DNA from: Candidatus Bathyarchaeota archaeon
GTDB taxonomy: Archaea > Thermoproteota > Bathyarchaeia > Bathyarchaeales > Bathycorpusculaceae
Reading direction: 5' to 3'
DNA: 64,000 nucleotides
Assembly: GCA_963775685.1 (NCBI GenBank)
Contig: CAVZJV010000014.1
Coordinates: 1,888,001 to 1,952,000, forward strand
Numbering within the stretch: the stretch's first letter is position 1; each line of letters begins with the position of its first letter. Positions 48,507 to 59,364 of the stretch are shown here, in pieces. Position numbers and translations under genes: made by a program. The notes under the pieces are model-generated. The model did no database searches and was not told the DNA's origin. It saw nothing but the letters and a program-made list of their open reading frames with translations.

Positions 48507-51212
48507 ATGCAAAAATTAAAAAATAAAACTATGGCTATTTTGATTGCGGCAATTTTAACAGTTTTAATGGCAGATTCTCTGATACTATTGCCGGATGCTG
48601 GTGCACATACGCCATCCTGGAGCATAAACACTTACGCTTACTGTAACGTCGCGCCTAACCCCGCAGGATTGGGCCAAACTGTTACTATCGGCATGTGGAT
48701 CCAGATACCTCCACCGACGGCGGCTGGAGCAGTTGGAGACAGATGGCACAACTTTAACGTAACAATTACAAAACCTGACGGAACCAAAGAAACTCTAGGC
48801 CCATTTACATCTGACGATACAGGCGGAACATTCACTCTATACACTCCAGATCAACTAGGCAACTATAGCTTTGTGTTCAACTATCCAGGTGAGGTGATGC
48901 CTGGTGCAAACGGAGCTTCAAAGACAAACGCATACATAGGAGATTACTTTGAACCATCCACCAGCGAAACCGCATATTGTACAGTGCAGCAGGACCCAGT
49001 GCCAACACTACCGACAATTCCACTTCCGACAAGCTACTGGACTCGTCCAATACAATCTGGCAACGGTTTATGGTCAACAATATCTGGTAACTGGCTAGGC
49101 TTCGGTATACACTCGTTTGCTAACACTGGAAGGTACAACAATACCGGGAACTATAACCCGTACTCTGCAGCGCCACTGGCTCCCCACATAATCTGGACAA
49201 AGCCTGTTGCGTTCGGAGGCTTAACTGGAGGCGAATTCGGCGGCAGCGATACAAGCAACTTTTACTCAACCTCACAGTACGAGCCAAAATGGGCACCCAT
49301 CATAATGAATGGAATCATGTACTATACCAACTACCCAACAAGTATCAACAACCCAACCGGATGGACAGCACTAAACTTGAAAACAGGAGAAACAATCTGG
49401 ACAAATAACGCAGAAAACCTCGGCGGCGGCAATCCAACGCAAAGTGCTCTAACATCCACAGGAATAGTGACTATTCTCAGATGCGGTCAGCTACTCGACA
49501 TGGTAAACCCCAACCAATACGGCAACATCGCATATCTATGGAGCACCGGAACCCCTACAGGAATCAACACCCAACCAGGATCAACTACTTATAACCTGTT
49601 CGATGCAATGACCGGGACCTATATCCTTAGCATCGTTAACGGCTCCTCAATGACACTTACAGAAGACGAAGGAGGGAACCTAATTGGCTACTACATCAAC
49701 TCAAGCACCGCCAACGCATATAAAGCACCAACCCTAAACTGTTGGAACTCAACACAAGCAATCTTCTATCCAAACTCCCAGTTCATACCAGGAACAACAG
49801 TAGCAAGCTGGAGTTGGAGACCAGGACAAAGCTCCGTTATCAATTTCCAACGTGGAGTAATGTGGTCCAAACCAGTCGCCACCAACATCTCAGGCAACCC
49901 ATTGATCAGCACAACTGACCTCTCAGGTAACCCTGTGACAGCTTCTCTTTCAATTAACAGAGTCGACAGCGGAATCGTGCTCATGACCGCCGTAGGCGCT
50001 TCATACTTCAACATTGGCTACCAAATTGATGCAGGATACAGCGCAACTACAGGAGAACAGCTATGGATCGAAAATCGGACCTTGACACCCTTCACACGAG
50101 ACTCAATAACTAAAGGTGGCTACGGATTGTACTACTATATGCAATCAGCTCAAGGCATAATGAGAGCCTACGACTTGAACACAGGCAAATTGAAATGGGG
50201 ACCAATACAGCTTACAGGTGACAACGGCAACTACCCTGTGCCTGATCCATACGACAGCATCGGCGGCTATCAAACAGAAATTGCCAACGGCGTACTCTAC
50301 GTGATGGGCTTTGGAGGCGATGTATGGGCTATCAACGCCCTTACAGGTGAAGAAATCTGGTACACCAGCACCAACAAACTCATCGGTGAAGCCGGGTCTG
50401 ATACACCTTATGGTGTGTGGCCACTTTGGGTCTTCAGCGGTGGATCTGTGGCTGGAAACGGAGTTTATCTTCTTAACGTTGGCCATGAATATAGTCCACC
50501 ACTATTCCGAGGAGCAAAACAACTAGCACTAAACACCACCGACGGATCCTTGATTTGGAGCATACTGGGCTTTGACGTAACAAACGGTGCCACCATCGTT
50601 GATGGAGTTGTAACCGTGCTAAACGCATATGACAACCAACTATACTCATATTCCCAAGGTCCAACCGCTATGACTGTTACTGCACCTGACGTTGGCGCAA
50701 CAACTGCCACCCCAATAACCATCCGAGGCACTATAACAGACACCTCAGCCGGAACAAAACAAGAAGAACAAGTAGCCAACTTCCCCAATGGCGTCCCATG
50801 CGTCTCTGACGAAAGCCAAGCAGCATGGATGGAATACGTCTACATGCAACAGCCAAAACCCACAGATGTCACTGGTGTTAAAATTGCAATAAACGTAGTT
50901 GACGCAAACGGCAACAACAGACAAATCGGCACAACCACAAGCAAAGAAGACGGCACATTCTCTTTGACATGGACACCTGACATATCAGGCGATTACTATG
51001 TCATCGCTATCTTCGCAGGCTCAAACTCGTACTATCAGTCATCCGCAGGCACATCATTTTTCGCAAGTGAAACAACAACAGCAACCCCAGCACCGACACA
51101 AGCTGCAGAATCAATGGCTGACCAATACTTTGTTCCAGCAATTGCAGGCCTCTTTGTAGCCGTAATAGTCGTTGGTCTATTGATCATCTTAGTCCTTAGA
51201 AAACGACCATAA
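48507..51212 (+). CDS. Secreted, C-terminally anchored PQQ-like beta-propeller surface protein (paralog D)
   Basis: Same architecture as paralog C, with identical first 17 residues (MQKLKNKTMAILIAAIL). Confidence 0.85.
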   Translation: MQKLKNKTMAILIAAILTVLMADSLILLPDAGAHTPSWSINTYAYCNVAPNPAGLGQTVTIGMWIQIPPPTAAGAVGDRWHNFNVTITKPDGTKETLGPFTSDDTGGTFTLYTPDQLGNYSFVFNYPGEVMPGANGASKTNAYIGDYFEPSTSETAYCTVQQDPVPTLPTIPLPTSYWTRPIQSGNGLWSTISGNWLGFGIHSFANTGRYNNTGNYNPYSAAPLAPHIIWTKPVAFGGLTGGEFGGSDTSNFYSTSQYEPKWAPIIMNGIMYYTNYPTSINNPTGWTALNLKTGETIWTNNAENLGGGNPTQSALTSTGIVTILRCGQLLDMVNPNQYGNIAYLWSTGTPTGINTQPGSTTYNLFDAMTGTYILSIVNGSSMTLTEDEGGNLIGYYINSSTANAYKAPTLNCWNSTQAIFYPNSQFIPGTTVASWSWRPGQSSVINFQRGVMWSKPVATNISGNPLISTTDLSGNPVTASLSINRVDSGIVLMTAVGASYFNIGYQIDAGYSATTGEQLWIENRTLTPFTRDSITKGGYGLYYYMQSAQGIMRAYDLNTGKLKWGPIQLTGDNGNYPVPDPYDSIGGYQTEIANGVLYVMGFGGDVWAINALTGEEIWYTSTNKLIGEAGSDTPYGVWPLWVFSGGSVAGNGVYLLNVGHEYSPPLFRGAKQLALNTTDGSLIWSILGFDVTNGATIVDGVVTVLNAYDNQLYSYSQGPTAMTVTAPDVGATTATPITIRGTITDTSAGTKQEEQVANFPNGVPCVSDESQAAWMEYVYMQQPKPTDVTGVKIAINVVDANGNNRQIGTTTSKEDGTFSLTWTPDISGDYYVIAIFAGSNSYYQSSAGTSFFASETTTATPAPTQAAESMADQYFVPAIAGLFVAVIVVGLLIILVLRKRP

Positions 51213-51353
51213 AATTGCAAAAGCCAAAAAAAATTCCCTTTTTCTTTTTTTGATTTATAAAATACAGCTATTTTAGGCTTAATTAGCGTAACAATTATTT
51301 TTCGCTTAGCATTAGCGTTTATATTGTTCGAATGGAGAGTACTCTTCTCGGTA

Positions 51354-51432
51354 GGGCTCGTCGTCTAGTACGGATTAGGGCACCGGCCTGCGGAGCCGGA
51401 CGTCATGGGTTCAAATCCCATCGGGCCCGCCA
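51354..51432 (+). tRNA. tRNA-Arg(GCG), CCA encoded
   Basis: GGGCTCG...CCGGC CT GCG GA GCCGG...ATGGG TTCAAAT CCCAT CGGGCCC GCCA. Confidence 0.93.
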
Positions 51433-51612
51433 CTCAGACTTCATAAAAGACCATTTAGCACAGAACCAAATGCCTCGAGGCAAATTACTAATAAACAAAT
51501 TTTTTCTTGTAGTATTTTGATAACTAAACGCCTTCCAAAAATAATTAGCCACTATATTGTATATCCTAAGCTTCTGCAAAAGACTATGCCATAAAAAGAA
51601 AGGGCAGTAAGT

Positions 51613-54003
51613 TTAAGCACTATTCTGCAAGTTTAGCTTGTAAAGTTTTTTCTTTTTGAAATATGCTTGGATTTTGTCTGCTATTTGATAGAGGAAGCTA
51701 CCTATTGCTAGGGCGAAGGCTGGGAATGCTGGCAGAATATACCATGAAAGCTTTGTTTGGGCAATGGTGAACACTAAAAGCACGACGCCTATCCATGTAA
51801 GAAGTAGCGTATCAGCTTTTGAACGCTTAAACAACAAGTTGAACGCGCCAAGCCCAGTTGCGAATGGCAAAAGAATTGCCCACAACCTCTCATTGTTTGC
51901 TAAGTAGCTAAAATAGAACAGGACGCCTCCATTATGACCCTCAAGCGGACTGACGGTTCGCAAAAAGCCGCAGTAAACGACAAACCAACTCCAAAAGTTT
52001 GACCCAAAACTGAGGAACATGTAGATTAGCCAAGGGGCAAGAATTAGAATGCCGATTCCCCAAAAAGTCGTAAAATGCTTTGAAAAAAGAAACCTAACGC
52101 TTTTTCTTGTCACAACAAGATAAGTAAAAACTGTTAATGGAATAAGCAGAGCCTCCACCTGCTTAGTCAACAGCGCCAAACCGAAAAATAAGCCGCCCAA
52201 AACTAAGTTCCGCTTGACATTGACGGCCTTCTCGCTTAACACAAAAAAGTAGATGCTAGCCACAATAAAGAACACAAACGCAACATCCGTCATAGCATGC
52301 CTAGCAAACAAGAAAAACGTTGTGAACGTTCCCAAAGCCAATGCCGAAACAAACCCAACAACACGGTTGTAGAGTTTTTTACCCAAAAAGTAGACAAGAA
52401 GAAGCGTCAAAGTACCAAAAAAGGGGCTCCAAAGCCTTGTAACAACGTTGCTAACCCCAAAAGCTTGGTAGCCAAGAGACATGAGCCACATGTACAGCGG
52501 TGGCTTGCCAATCCAAACCGCCAACCCCCCAAAAGCATAAGGCGTCACATAATCTCCGCTTTTAACCATGTGGTATGCCCATTGCGAATAGGTTTGCTCA
52601 TCAGCAGCCCAAAGCGGTCCACTGCCCAGATTAAAGAAGAAAATCGATGATACAACCAAAATTGCCAAAATGCAAACAACCTCAAAATGCCTTGATAACC
52701 AGGATGTCTTCAAAATTGTGCTGTTGCTAGAATTTAGTTTGGTCTCCCTACTATTTGAATATGCAAAGCGAAGGATTGTGAAAAAAATAATGGCTGCCAC
52801 GACAAAAGCCAAAGAATCAAAAACTATAGTACTCCACCCAGAAATAATGCTTTTTGCCGATTGAAAATGTGGATTATCTGAGGTTAATGTAAAGGCGTAA
52901 ACACAGTAGTCGCTGGAACCAAAGAAGAGGATGCCATTGGCAATAGCTGGTGATGAATCCACATTGTTGCCAGTTGCAATACTCCATTTTTTTGCTCCAT
53001 TTGAAGCGTTAAAACTGTAAATGCTATAGTCTTGAGAACCCACAAACACATTGCCCTCCATAACTGCGGGAGAAGATCGAACCCAAAATCCAGTTGGAGC
53101 CTGCCAAATTTTTGCGCCGTCGGAAGCGTTTAGACAGTAGATGTTGTTATCTTCCGAGCCAACATAAACGCATCCGTAAGCTACAGCTGGAGAAGAGTCC
53201 ACGCAATCATCCGTTTTATACTGCCAAACTTTAAAGCCAGTGGAGGCGTTCAAACAACAGACATAGCCATCGTATGAACCAATGAAGACGCATCCATTAT
53301 ACGCGGTGGGCGAAGAAATAACACTTCCAGTGTGTTGTTTCCAGATTAAGTCACCAGTTGAAGCGTTTAGGGCATAAACATGGAAGTCGTCGGCGGCAAA
53401 GTACACTGCGCCATCTAAGACTGCAGGTGAAGAGTTAACGCGGTTAAGAATTGGAAACTTCCAAACTAAACCGCCGTTAGAAGCATTAAAAGCAAAAAAC
53501 CCGTTTTTCCCAGAACCAACAAAGACAATGCCACCTACCACTGTAGGTGAAGATATGACTTCTCCGCCAACTAGCGAAATCCAAACAGGCATCCCTGTTT
53601 CAATGTCTAAACAGTAAATCCAACCATCATCCGAACCAACATACACTCTTCCCCCAAAGACTGCGGGGGAGGACTCAACTTCAGCGGCAGTTGGAAAATT
53701 CCATATTCGTTGTCCATTAGTGGCGTTGAGGCAGTAAATATTGTAGTCCTTGCTGCCGATAAATAAGTAACCGTCGATGACTGCGGGGGAAGATGCTACT
53801 GGTGAACCTGTCGTATAATTCCAAAGAAGTACCGCAGAATTCGAGGGGTTACTGTCGGTTGTATAGCCGCTGTGGTTTGGGTCATGGCGGAACTCATTCC
53901 AGTTGTCGGTGTTGGAACTGGCGCTGGCAACTGAGGCAACTGCCAGAGATTGTGTCACGGTTAGGAAGATGAGCGCGATTAGTGTCAGGTTGTGTTTTCT
54001 CAT
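51613..54003 (-). CDS. BamB/PQQ-repeat beta-propeller fused to an ArnT/PMT-like GT-C glycosyltransferase
   Basis: Signal peptide and eight SSP(AV)...GS.D...Y.LNA..G..W-type repeats, then a multi-TM region with DEQTY, KPPLY.W, R..S, TD and LTK motifs. Confidence 0.85.
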   Translation of the reverse strand: MRKHNLTLIALIFLTVTQSLAVASVASASSNTDNWNEFRHDPNHSGYTTDSNPSNSAVLLWNYTTGSPVASSPAVIDGYLFIGSKDYNIYCLNATNGQRIWNFPTAAEVESSPAVFGGRVYVGSDDGWIYCLDIETGMPVWISLVGGEVISSPTVVGGIVFVGSGKNGFFAFNASNGGLVWKFPILNRVNSSPAVLDGAVYFAADDFHVYALNASTGDLIWKQHTGSVISSPTAYNGCVFIGSYDGYVCCLNASTGFKVWQYKTDDCVDSSPAVAYGCVYVGSEDNNIYCLNASDGAKIWQAPTGFWVRSSPAVMEGNVFVGSQDYSIYSFNASNGAKKWSIATGNNVDSSPAIANGILFFGSSDYCVYAFTLTSDNPHFQSAKSIISGWSTIVFDSLAFVVAAIIFFTILRFAYSNSRETKLNSSNSTILKTSWLSRHFEVVCILAILVVSSIFFFNLGSGPLWAADEQTYSQWAYHMVKSGDYVTPYAFGGLAVWIGKPPLYMWLMSLGYQAFGVSNVVTRLWSPFFGTLTLLLVYFLGKKLYNRVVGFVSALALGTFTTFFLFARHAMTDVAFVFFIVASIYFFVLSEKAVNVKRNLVLGGLFFGLALLTKQVEALLIPLTVFTYLVVTRKSVRFLFSKHFTTFWGIGILILAPWLIYMFLSFGSNFWSWFVVYCGFLRTVSPLEGHNGGVLFYFSYLANNERLWAILLPFATGLGAFNLLFKRSKADTLLLTWIGVVLLVFTIAQTKLSWYILPAFPAFALAIGSFLYQIADKIQAYFKKKKLYKLNLQNSA

Positions 54004-54221
54004 ATCTGCCCTATCCCCAAACCCCTAATCAACAATCAGTTTTTAGGATATATTAAATTATTGAACTCCAAGGAATCACAAGGGCAGGTCTCAAAACTTC
54101 CTTGCTCAAACTGAAGAAGAAACCTCGGAGACATAATGATTAGTTACTTTATACAACGGGTAGGAAGATATGTTTTTTTAACCAAAGGTATGCTATTAAC
54201 AAAATGGGAATGAAAGGTTGT

Positions 54222-54905
54222 TTATTCTCTGCTTGAAAGTACTATGATGTAGTCTGCTGTGTCAGCACACATGTCGGCTGCTTGCTCGATGAACTCGATT
54301 AAATCGTCAAAGATAACCATAGCACCACAATTGATTGTTTCTCCATACTTTACGAATAGGCTCTTGGATTTGAGGTATTCAACGTCGATGGCATGTTCGA
54401 TGTCGCCGACTGCTTTGGCTTCTCTTATGGCTTCGTTGGGGTTAGATGAGATTTTCTCTATTGCACCTCTGAGGGTTTGAGCGGTTTCAACTAGTTTTGA
54501 GGTCATGAAAACAGTTTTCTCTGTGAGTTCTTTAGGAATGTCTGCTTCGCCGAGCATTTCAAGGCATCTGGCTGCGTCTTTGGTGTGGTCTGCCAATGTG
54601 TCTAACCGCTTAACTAAGTGCAATAGATCCTCCCGGTAATCGGCAACCAACGCTGCACCCTTAGATAACTCCATAAATACATCTGTACGAAGTGTGTCAA
54701 CTTCCTCTTCAGCTTTGTAGAGATTTTCAATGTATTTTCTGGCTTCTTTAAAGTTCTTTTCTGAGAAGCTTTTGGTTGCTTTATGTAGCCATGTCACCGT
54801 GTCAAAGGCTTTTGTTATCTGGTCATGGGCAAGTTCTAAGCCCCTGGTTTTGCGGCGTTGCTCAAACCAATCGTAACTTTTCTTTTCCACCAACACCATC
54901 TCCAA
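54222..54905 (-). CDS. DUF47 / PhoU-like phosphate transport regulator
   Basis: EEEVD.LR, REDLL.LV..LD.LAD, IEH.ID, IEQAAD.C.D.AD. Confidence 0.85.
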   Translation of the reverse strand: MEMVLVEKKSYDWFEQRRKTRGLELAHDQITKAFDTVTWLHKATKSFSEKNFKEARKYIENLYKAEEEVDTLRTDVFMELSKGAALVADYREDLLHLVKRLDTLADHTKDAARCLEMLGEADIPKELTEKTVFMTSKLVETAQTLRGAIEKISSNPNEAIREAKAVGDIEHAIDVEYLKSKSLFVKYGETINCGAMVIFDDLIEFIEQAADMCADTADYIIVLSSRE

Positions 54906-55549
54906 ATTTAATTAACAATAAGATTTGCTTCCAAATATAACCCTTCTCTTAGTTTGGTAGTCAAGCCTAATATGTCTCTGGTGGTTTGCTCTCCGAAAAA
55001 CGCATTGGGGGTTCTTGTTTAATCGAATGTTCACATCAATCGCCAAGAGCCAATCTAAAAGATCAGCCTTCTTGGCTGATGCTTCTTTTTTATATCTCTT
55101 TTTTTGCTCCACCATTGTGCTCCCTTCAACAACATTTAATACTATATGTGGTCAAAGTGCCATGTAGCTTCAGATTTTACTTGGTGTTTTTTCTGTCTTT
55201 TTGATACTTTCAGGTTAACGGCTACAATATCAACAATAGCAGGATTGATAACAAAACCAGGACCAAAAACGGAAGACTCAGAAGTTGTTGTTGCTGTTGT
55301 TGTTGCAACTGCCCCTTGCATAATAGTTGCAACAATCACAGAATTCAAACCCGAATTAAACAGCTTCCCCTTCATTGAAAGACAACTCTTACCCATAACT
55401 GAGTGAAATTTCGTAAATGTCCCTCCTTCTTCAACGAGTAAGCACACATGGCTCTTTCATACTTTCTCTGTTTTGATAAGACTCTTTTTTCTGCCCTATT
55501 TACTATCTCCAAATAATCTATAGAGAGCAATTTATTCTATAGTGGCTTT

Positions 55550-56476
55550 CTAGTTTTCTAAAACCGTTTTCGCCAACGCGATCTTATCGTCTAAATTCTT
55601 CATTATTATATTGGTTGTTTTAACGTTAATTCCTAGCTGTTCAATCTTGCCCTTTGAAGCCCCATCTCTTTTGTCAATAACAAATGTATCAAGAAAATCA
55701 GAGTAAAACTCTGCAACTCCGTATGCTGAAACTTCTATGCCTAAACAACGCAACATCTTATCTGCAGGACCCTTAATGGGCAAACCTGCAACAATAGGAC
55801 TTATCCCAACTATCTTCGCTTTTGTTTGCTTCAACGCGTCCCTTACGCCATGAACTGACAGAATTGTCCCGATGCTAACCACAGGATTGCTCGGGCAAAC
55901 AACGATCATTTCGGCATCCAAAATTGAATCTAAAACTCCCGGGGAAGGCTTCGCAGTGGCGGCGCCTACAAATTCTACGTCTAAAACATCATCTTTGCAT
56001 TGCCTTTTGACAAAATATTCCTCAAAATGCATTGACCCAACGCTTGTTTTTATTCTGGTTTCAAAGTTGTCGTTGGACATGGGCAAAATCTTAACTTTAA
56101 GCCCTAAACTTTGGCAAACCTCACCTGTGATTTGAGTGAGCGTAGAGCCCTGCTTTAAGCGGTAGGTTCGGTAAATGTGGGTTGCTAAATCACTGTCGCC
56201 CAAGCCAAACCAGGTGTCTAAACCGTGTTTTTTGAGCATATCTAAGCAGTGGAACGTGTCGTCCCTAATTCCCCAGCCCTTCTCCTCATCTACAATGCCA
56301 GCCAATGTGTAAGTGACAATGTCAATGTCGGGTGAGATGTGTAGACCGAACAAATCGATATCATCGCCAGTGTTTACGATAACTGCCATGTCTTCCTCTC
56401 TAACAAGTCGGGTCAAACCTGCTAGGAATCTGGCCGCGCCAACTCCACCCGCCAAAGCCGCAATCACTGATGGCAA
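55550..56476 (-). CDS. cofD: 2-phospho-L-lactate transferase (F420 biosynthesis)
   Basis: LAGGVGAARF, VNTGDD, SPDID, GD.DLATH, PSNPVVSIG, GPA. Start placed at TTG 56476, just after the moaE stop. Confidence 0.93.
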   Translation of the reverse strand: MPSVIAALAGGVGAARFLAGLTRLVREEDMAVIVNTGDDIDLFGLHISPDIDIVTYTLAGIVDEEKGWGIRDDTFHCLDMLKKHGLDTWFGLGDSDLATHIYRTYRLKQGSTLTQITGEVCQSLGLKVKILPMSNDNFETRIKTSVGSMHFEEYFVKRQCKDDVLDVEFVGAATAKPSPGVLDSILDAEMIVVCPSNPVVSIGTILSVHGVRDALKQTKAKIVGISPIVAGLPIKGPADKMLRCLGIEVSAYGVAEFYSDFLDTFVIDKRDGASKGKIEQLGINVKTTNIIMKNLDDKIALAKTVLEN

Positions 56477-56484
56477 CGTCCAGT

Positions 56485-56952
56485 TCAGGGATGATGACTT
56501 TCTTTTTCTGAAACCCAATACTCTGATACATTGCCCTGCTTTGTGATTATATGCTCTTTTTTGAAAACAGGTACTTCGCTCTTGTACCTCTCAACGGCTT
56601 CCCTTAAGACCGAAAAAACTTCTGTTCGGTGTGCGCCTGCAACTGCAACGTAAACCAAGTCATCACCAACCTTGAATTCGCCAAGCAAATGGTGAATTTG
56701 AACGTTCACAATTCCCGGTTTGTCCGATAATTCTTCGCTTATATTTGCGAGGACTTGGTCAGCTTTTTCCTCGTAAGCTTCAATTGTGAGTCCTTTAACC
56801 GTCTCTTTTTCCGACTCGAGTGTTTCCCCTCGTACCACACCGATGAAAAGTCCAATTGCGCCTGCTTTTGAGTAGTTGGGATCTTTTTTGATATTGTCTA
56901 TTACATCTTGGGCATTGAAGGTTCCTTTTTCATGTACACCTGCATTGGTCAA
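56485..56952 (-). CDS. moaE: Molybdopterin synthase catalytic subunit
   Basis: GAIGLFIGVVR, EAY, H..G...VG, AHR, K..VPVFKKE. Confidence 0.92.
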   Translation of the reverse strand: MTNAGVHEKGTFNAQDVIDNIKKDPNYSKAGAIGLFIGVVRGETLESEKETVKGLTIEAYEEKADQVLANISEELSDKPGIVNVQIHHLLGEFKVGDDLVYVAVAGAHRTEVFSVLREAVERYKSEVPVFKKEHIITKQGNVSEYWVSEKESHHP

Positions 56953-57044
56953 AACTTGAGCTCTCCCGAATAGAAAATACTAAAGATCCTGTCTAAAACT
57001 GTTTACGGTTAAAAAATGGAAAATAAAAAAATTAATAATTTTGC

Positions 57045-57689
57045 TTATGGTGATGTTGCTATAACAGGCGCCGGTGTTGCTTCACTTGGCGTTTCTGGCA
57101 GTTTTGCTGGTGCAGAGATGAGCTTGGATTTTCTTATACCAACGTGTCTTAGCGGTGCAACGAGTTTGGCTTGGTTGTAAATGTCTGAGGCGATTTTTCC
57201 AAGGACCATTTCTTGAACGAACTGATCAAGTGTTAATGCAGCGGCTTTTTCCTTGATTGTTTTTTCCATCATGTTACGGATGATTTTTTCCTGTGAAGTC
57301 TTTATTCTTGAAAGTGTCAGGGCTGAAACGGAAATTCTGAGCTTGAAACCGTCTTTTGTTGTCAGGTTGAATAAGCCATCTACTTTGGTGGTTCTTCTTC
57401 TAACTAGGCTGCGAAGGTAGTCTCTTGAGTATTCGTGACCCTTGAAGAGTGTTCTAGCGGATTTTCCTTCAATCTCATTTATCTGAAAGAACATTTTTAG
57501 GTAATGATGAGAAAAGTCCCCTGTAATGTCATATAGAGTTGCTTCGACAACTCTGCCAATCATCTGTTCTTCTTCTTGTGCAGGTATCGAACCTAAATCT
57601 ATGTTACCAAAGAACGAAGGCGCAACTACCATATACCATGATTTTCCACGCCATTTATCGCGAATATGCTTTGTTGATTTTGAAGACAA
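57045..57689 (-). CDS. rps3ae: 30S ribosomal protein S3Ae (eS1)
   Basis: DKW..K.WY..AP, GRVVEATL, DYLRSLVRR, PLR.V.IRK. Confidence 0.96.
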   Translation of the reverse strand: MSSKSTKHIRDKWRGKSWYMVVAPSFFGNIDLGSIPAQEEEQMIGRVVEATLYDITGDFSHHYLKMFFQINEIEGKSARTLFKGHEYSRDYLRSLVRRRTTKVDGLFNLTTKDGFKLRISVSALTLSRIKTSQEKIIRNMMEKTIKEKAAALTLDQFVQEMVLGKIASDIYNQAKLVAPLRHVGIRKSKLISAPAKLPETPSEATPAPVIATSP

Positions 57690-57739
57690 ACTTATTTCTC
57701 CAAACGTGCCACAACATTCTCAAAGAAATATTAAAAGGT

Positions 57740-59038
57740 TTAGCGTTTTTTGTATATTTTCTCTCTGTTACCCATGTACTTTCTCAACACTTCAGGCACA
57801 TTTATTGTTCCATCTGCATTCTGGTTGTTTTCAAGTAGAGCAACAATGGTTCTTCCTGTGGCAATGGCTGTTGAATTCAGAGTGTGGACGAAGCCTTTGG
57901 GTGGTGCGCCTTCTTTTTCTCGATACTTTATTCCCAATCGTCTGCCTTGGTAATCCGTGCAGTTGCTACAAGAAACCACTTCACGATAACCATTCTGCGC
58001 CGACATCCACGCTTCAATATCATACTTTTTTGCCGCAACTGTACCGATGTCGCCTGTGCAAACGTTAACAACTTGGTAGGCTAAGCCAAGTTTTTGCATG
58101 ATTCCTTCAGCATTCTCTAAGAGTTCTTCATGGAGTTTTGATGAGTCTTCCGGTTTACAGAAAACAAATTGCTCAATTTTGTTGAATTGGTGCGTGCGGA
58201 AGATTCCTCGTGTATCTTTGCCGTGCGCCCCTGCCTCTTTTCGGAAACATGTGCTAATGCCCGCGAGTTTAACTGGCATATCTTGTTCTTTTAGGGTTTC
58301 GTTCATGAGCATCGCTGCCATTGGATGCTCGGATGTGGCAATCATGTAGAGGTCTTCGCCTTCTACTTTGTAGAGGACATCGCCAAAGTCGCCAAGTGAA
58401 GTTACTCCTTCGTATGCTTCCTTCTTCATCATGTAGGGTGGAACTATAGGTGTGTAATCTTTCTGTGAAAGTTCTTCGATGGCAAAGCACATTAATGCCA
58501 TATCGAGCATAGCGACTTCGTTTTTAAGGTAGAAGAACCTTGCACCGCTGACTTTCCCAGCGCGTTCCATGTCGATTTGGTCTAATTCGAGTGCTAAGTC
58601 AATGTGATTTTTTATGGGAAAAGAGAACTGTGGGATTGTTCCCCAAGTTTTTACCTGCACGTTGTCATTTGAGTCTTTTCCCTGCGGAACTGAATCATCC
58701 AGCAAGTTCGGTAACCACAAAAGGTAATCATGGATTTTCTGTTCTTGGTCAACGACTTGTTTTTCTGTTAGTTTTATTTTCTGGTCAATACCCTGTGCTC
58801 TTGTGAATTCGTCTGTAGCTTCTTTTCCTGACTTTTTTAGTTTAGCGATTTCTATAGTTACCAGTTTTCTGTCATGGCGCATCTCGTTTAGTTTTGTGTT
58901 GTTCAAACGCCACTCTTTGTCTAAGGCAATCAATTCGTCGAGTATCTGGAGGGCTTCTGGGTTGCCACGCTTCGCCAAATTAGCCTTCACAAATTCAGGG
59001 TTCTCGCGGATAAGCTTGATATCTAACATTAATCTCAC
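57740..59038 (-). CDS. serS: Seryl-tRNA synthetase
   Basis: MLDIKLIR, ATSEHP, FRKEAG, FRTHQFNK.EQ, SCSNCTDYQ, HTLNSTA. Confidence 0.97.
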   Translation of the reverse strand: MRLMLDIKLIRENPEFVKANLAKRGNPEALQILDELIALDKEWRLNNTKLNEMRHDRKLVTIEIAKLKKSGKEATDEFTRAQGIDQKIKLTEKQVVDQEQKIHDYLLWLPNLLDDSVPQGKDSNDNVQVKTWGTIPQFSFPIKNHIDLALELDQIDMERAGKVSGARFFYLKNEVAMLDMALMCFAIEELSQKDYTPIVPPYMMKKEAYEGVTSLGDFGDVLYKVEGEDLYMIATSEHPMAAMLMNETLKEQDMPVKLAGISTCFRKEAGAHGKDTRGIFRTHQFNKIEQFVFCKPEDSSKLHEELLENAEGIMQKLGLAYQVVNVCTGDIGTVAAKKYDIEAWMSAQNGYREVVSCSNCTDYQGRRLGIKYREKEGAPPKGFVHTLNSTAIATGRTIVALLENNQNADGTINVPEVLRKYMGNREKIYKKR

Positions 59039-59217
59039 ACGGAATAATCCTGTACTAACAAAATCAGTTATTTAACTTTACGATGTCAACAACAACTCAA
59101 TCGGAGGTCACAGCCCTCTGTTGCTCAATAAAATCTATAGAGCCTTCATTTAACGTAAATTAAATCTTCATGGAATAAAGGACAGTTTTCTTGTATCAAT
59201 TTCCTTGACTTTTGACT

Positions 59218-59364
59218 TCAATCAGTAAATTCTACGGGGTAAGTTGGTATGAAATCTGGTGCTTCTCTTTCAGGTTTCATATTCGTTTGTTCTTCTTCTT
59301 GCGGTTCTTTCTCGTAGGCCCTCCTCAAAAGTATGGGCGCCAAAACAGTCGTTACCATAATCAT
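59218..59364 (-). pseudogene. Possible C-terminal remnant of a cation/proton antiporter
   Basis: Manual translation gives MIMVTTVLAPILLRRAYEKEP...PDFIPTYPVEFTD*, resembling the last TM of CPA2 antiporters. The upstream frame is closed. Confidence 0.35.

Noticed and set aside
52900-53800. Roughly 120-nt periodic DNA repeats
   Set aside because: They are explained by the 40-aa PQQ/BamB protein repeats of the CDS.
54912-55447. Short ORFs on both strands and a GTT/GCT triplet run near 55282-55310
   Set aside because: There is no recognisable domain, and low-complexity sequence explains the open frames. It may be a decayed gene, but this cannot be supported.
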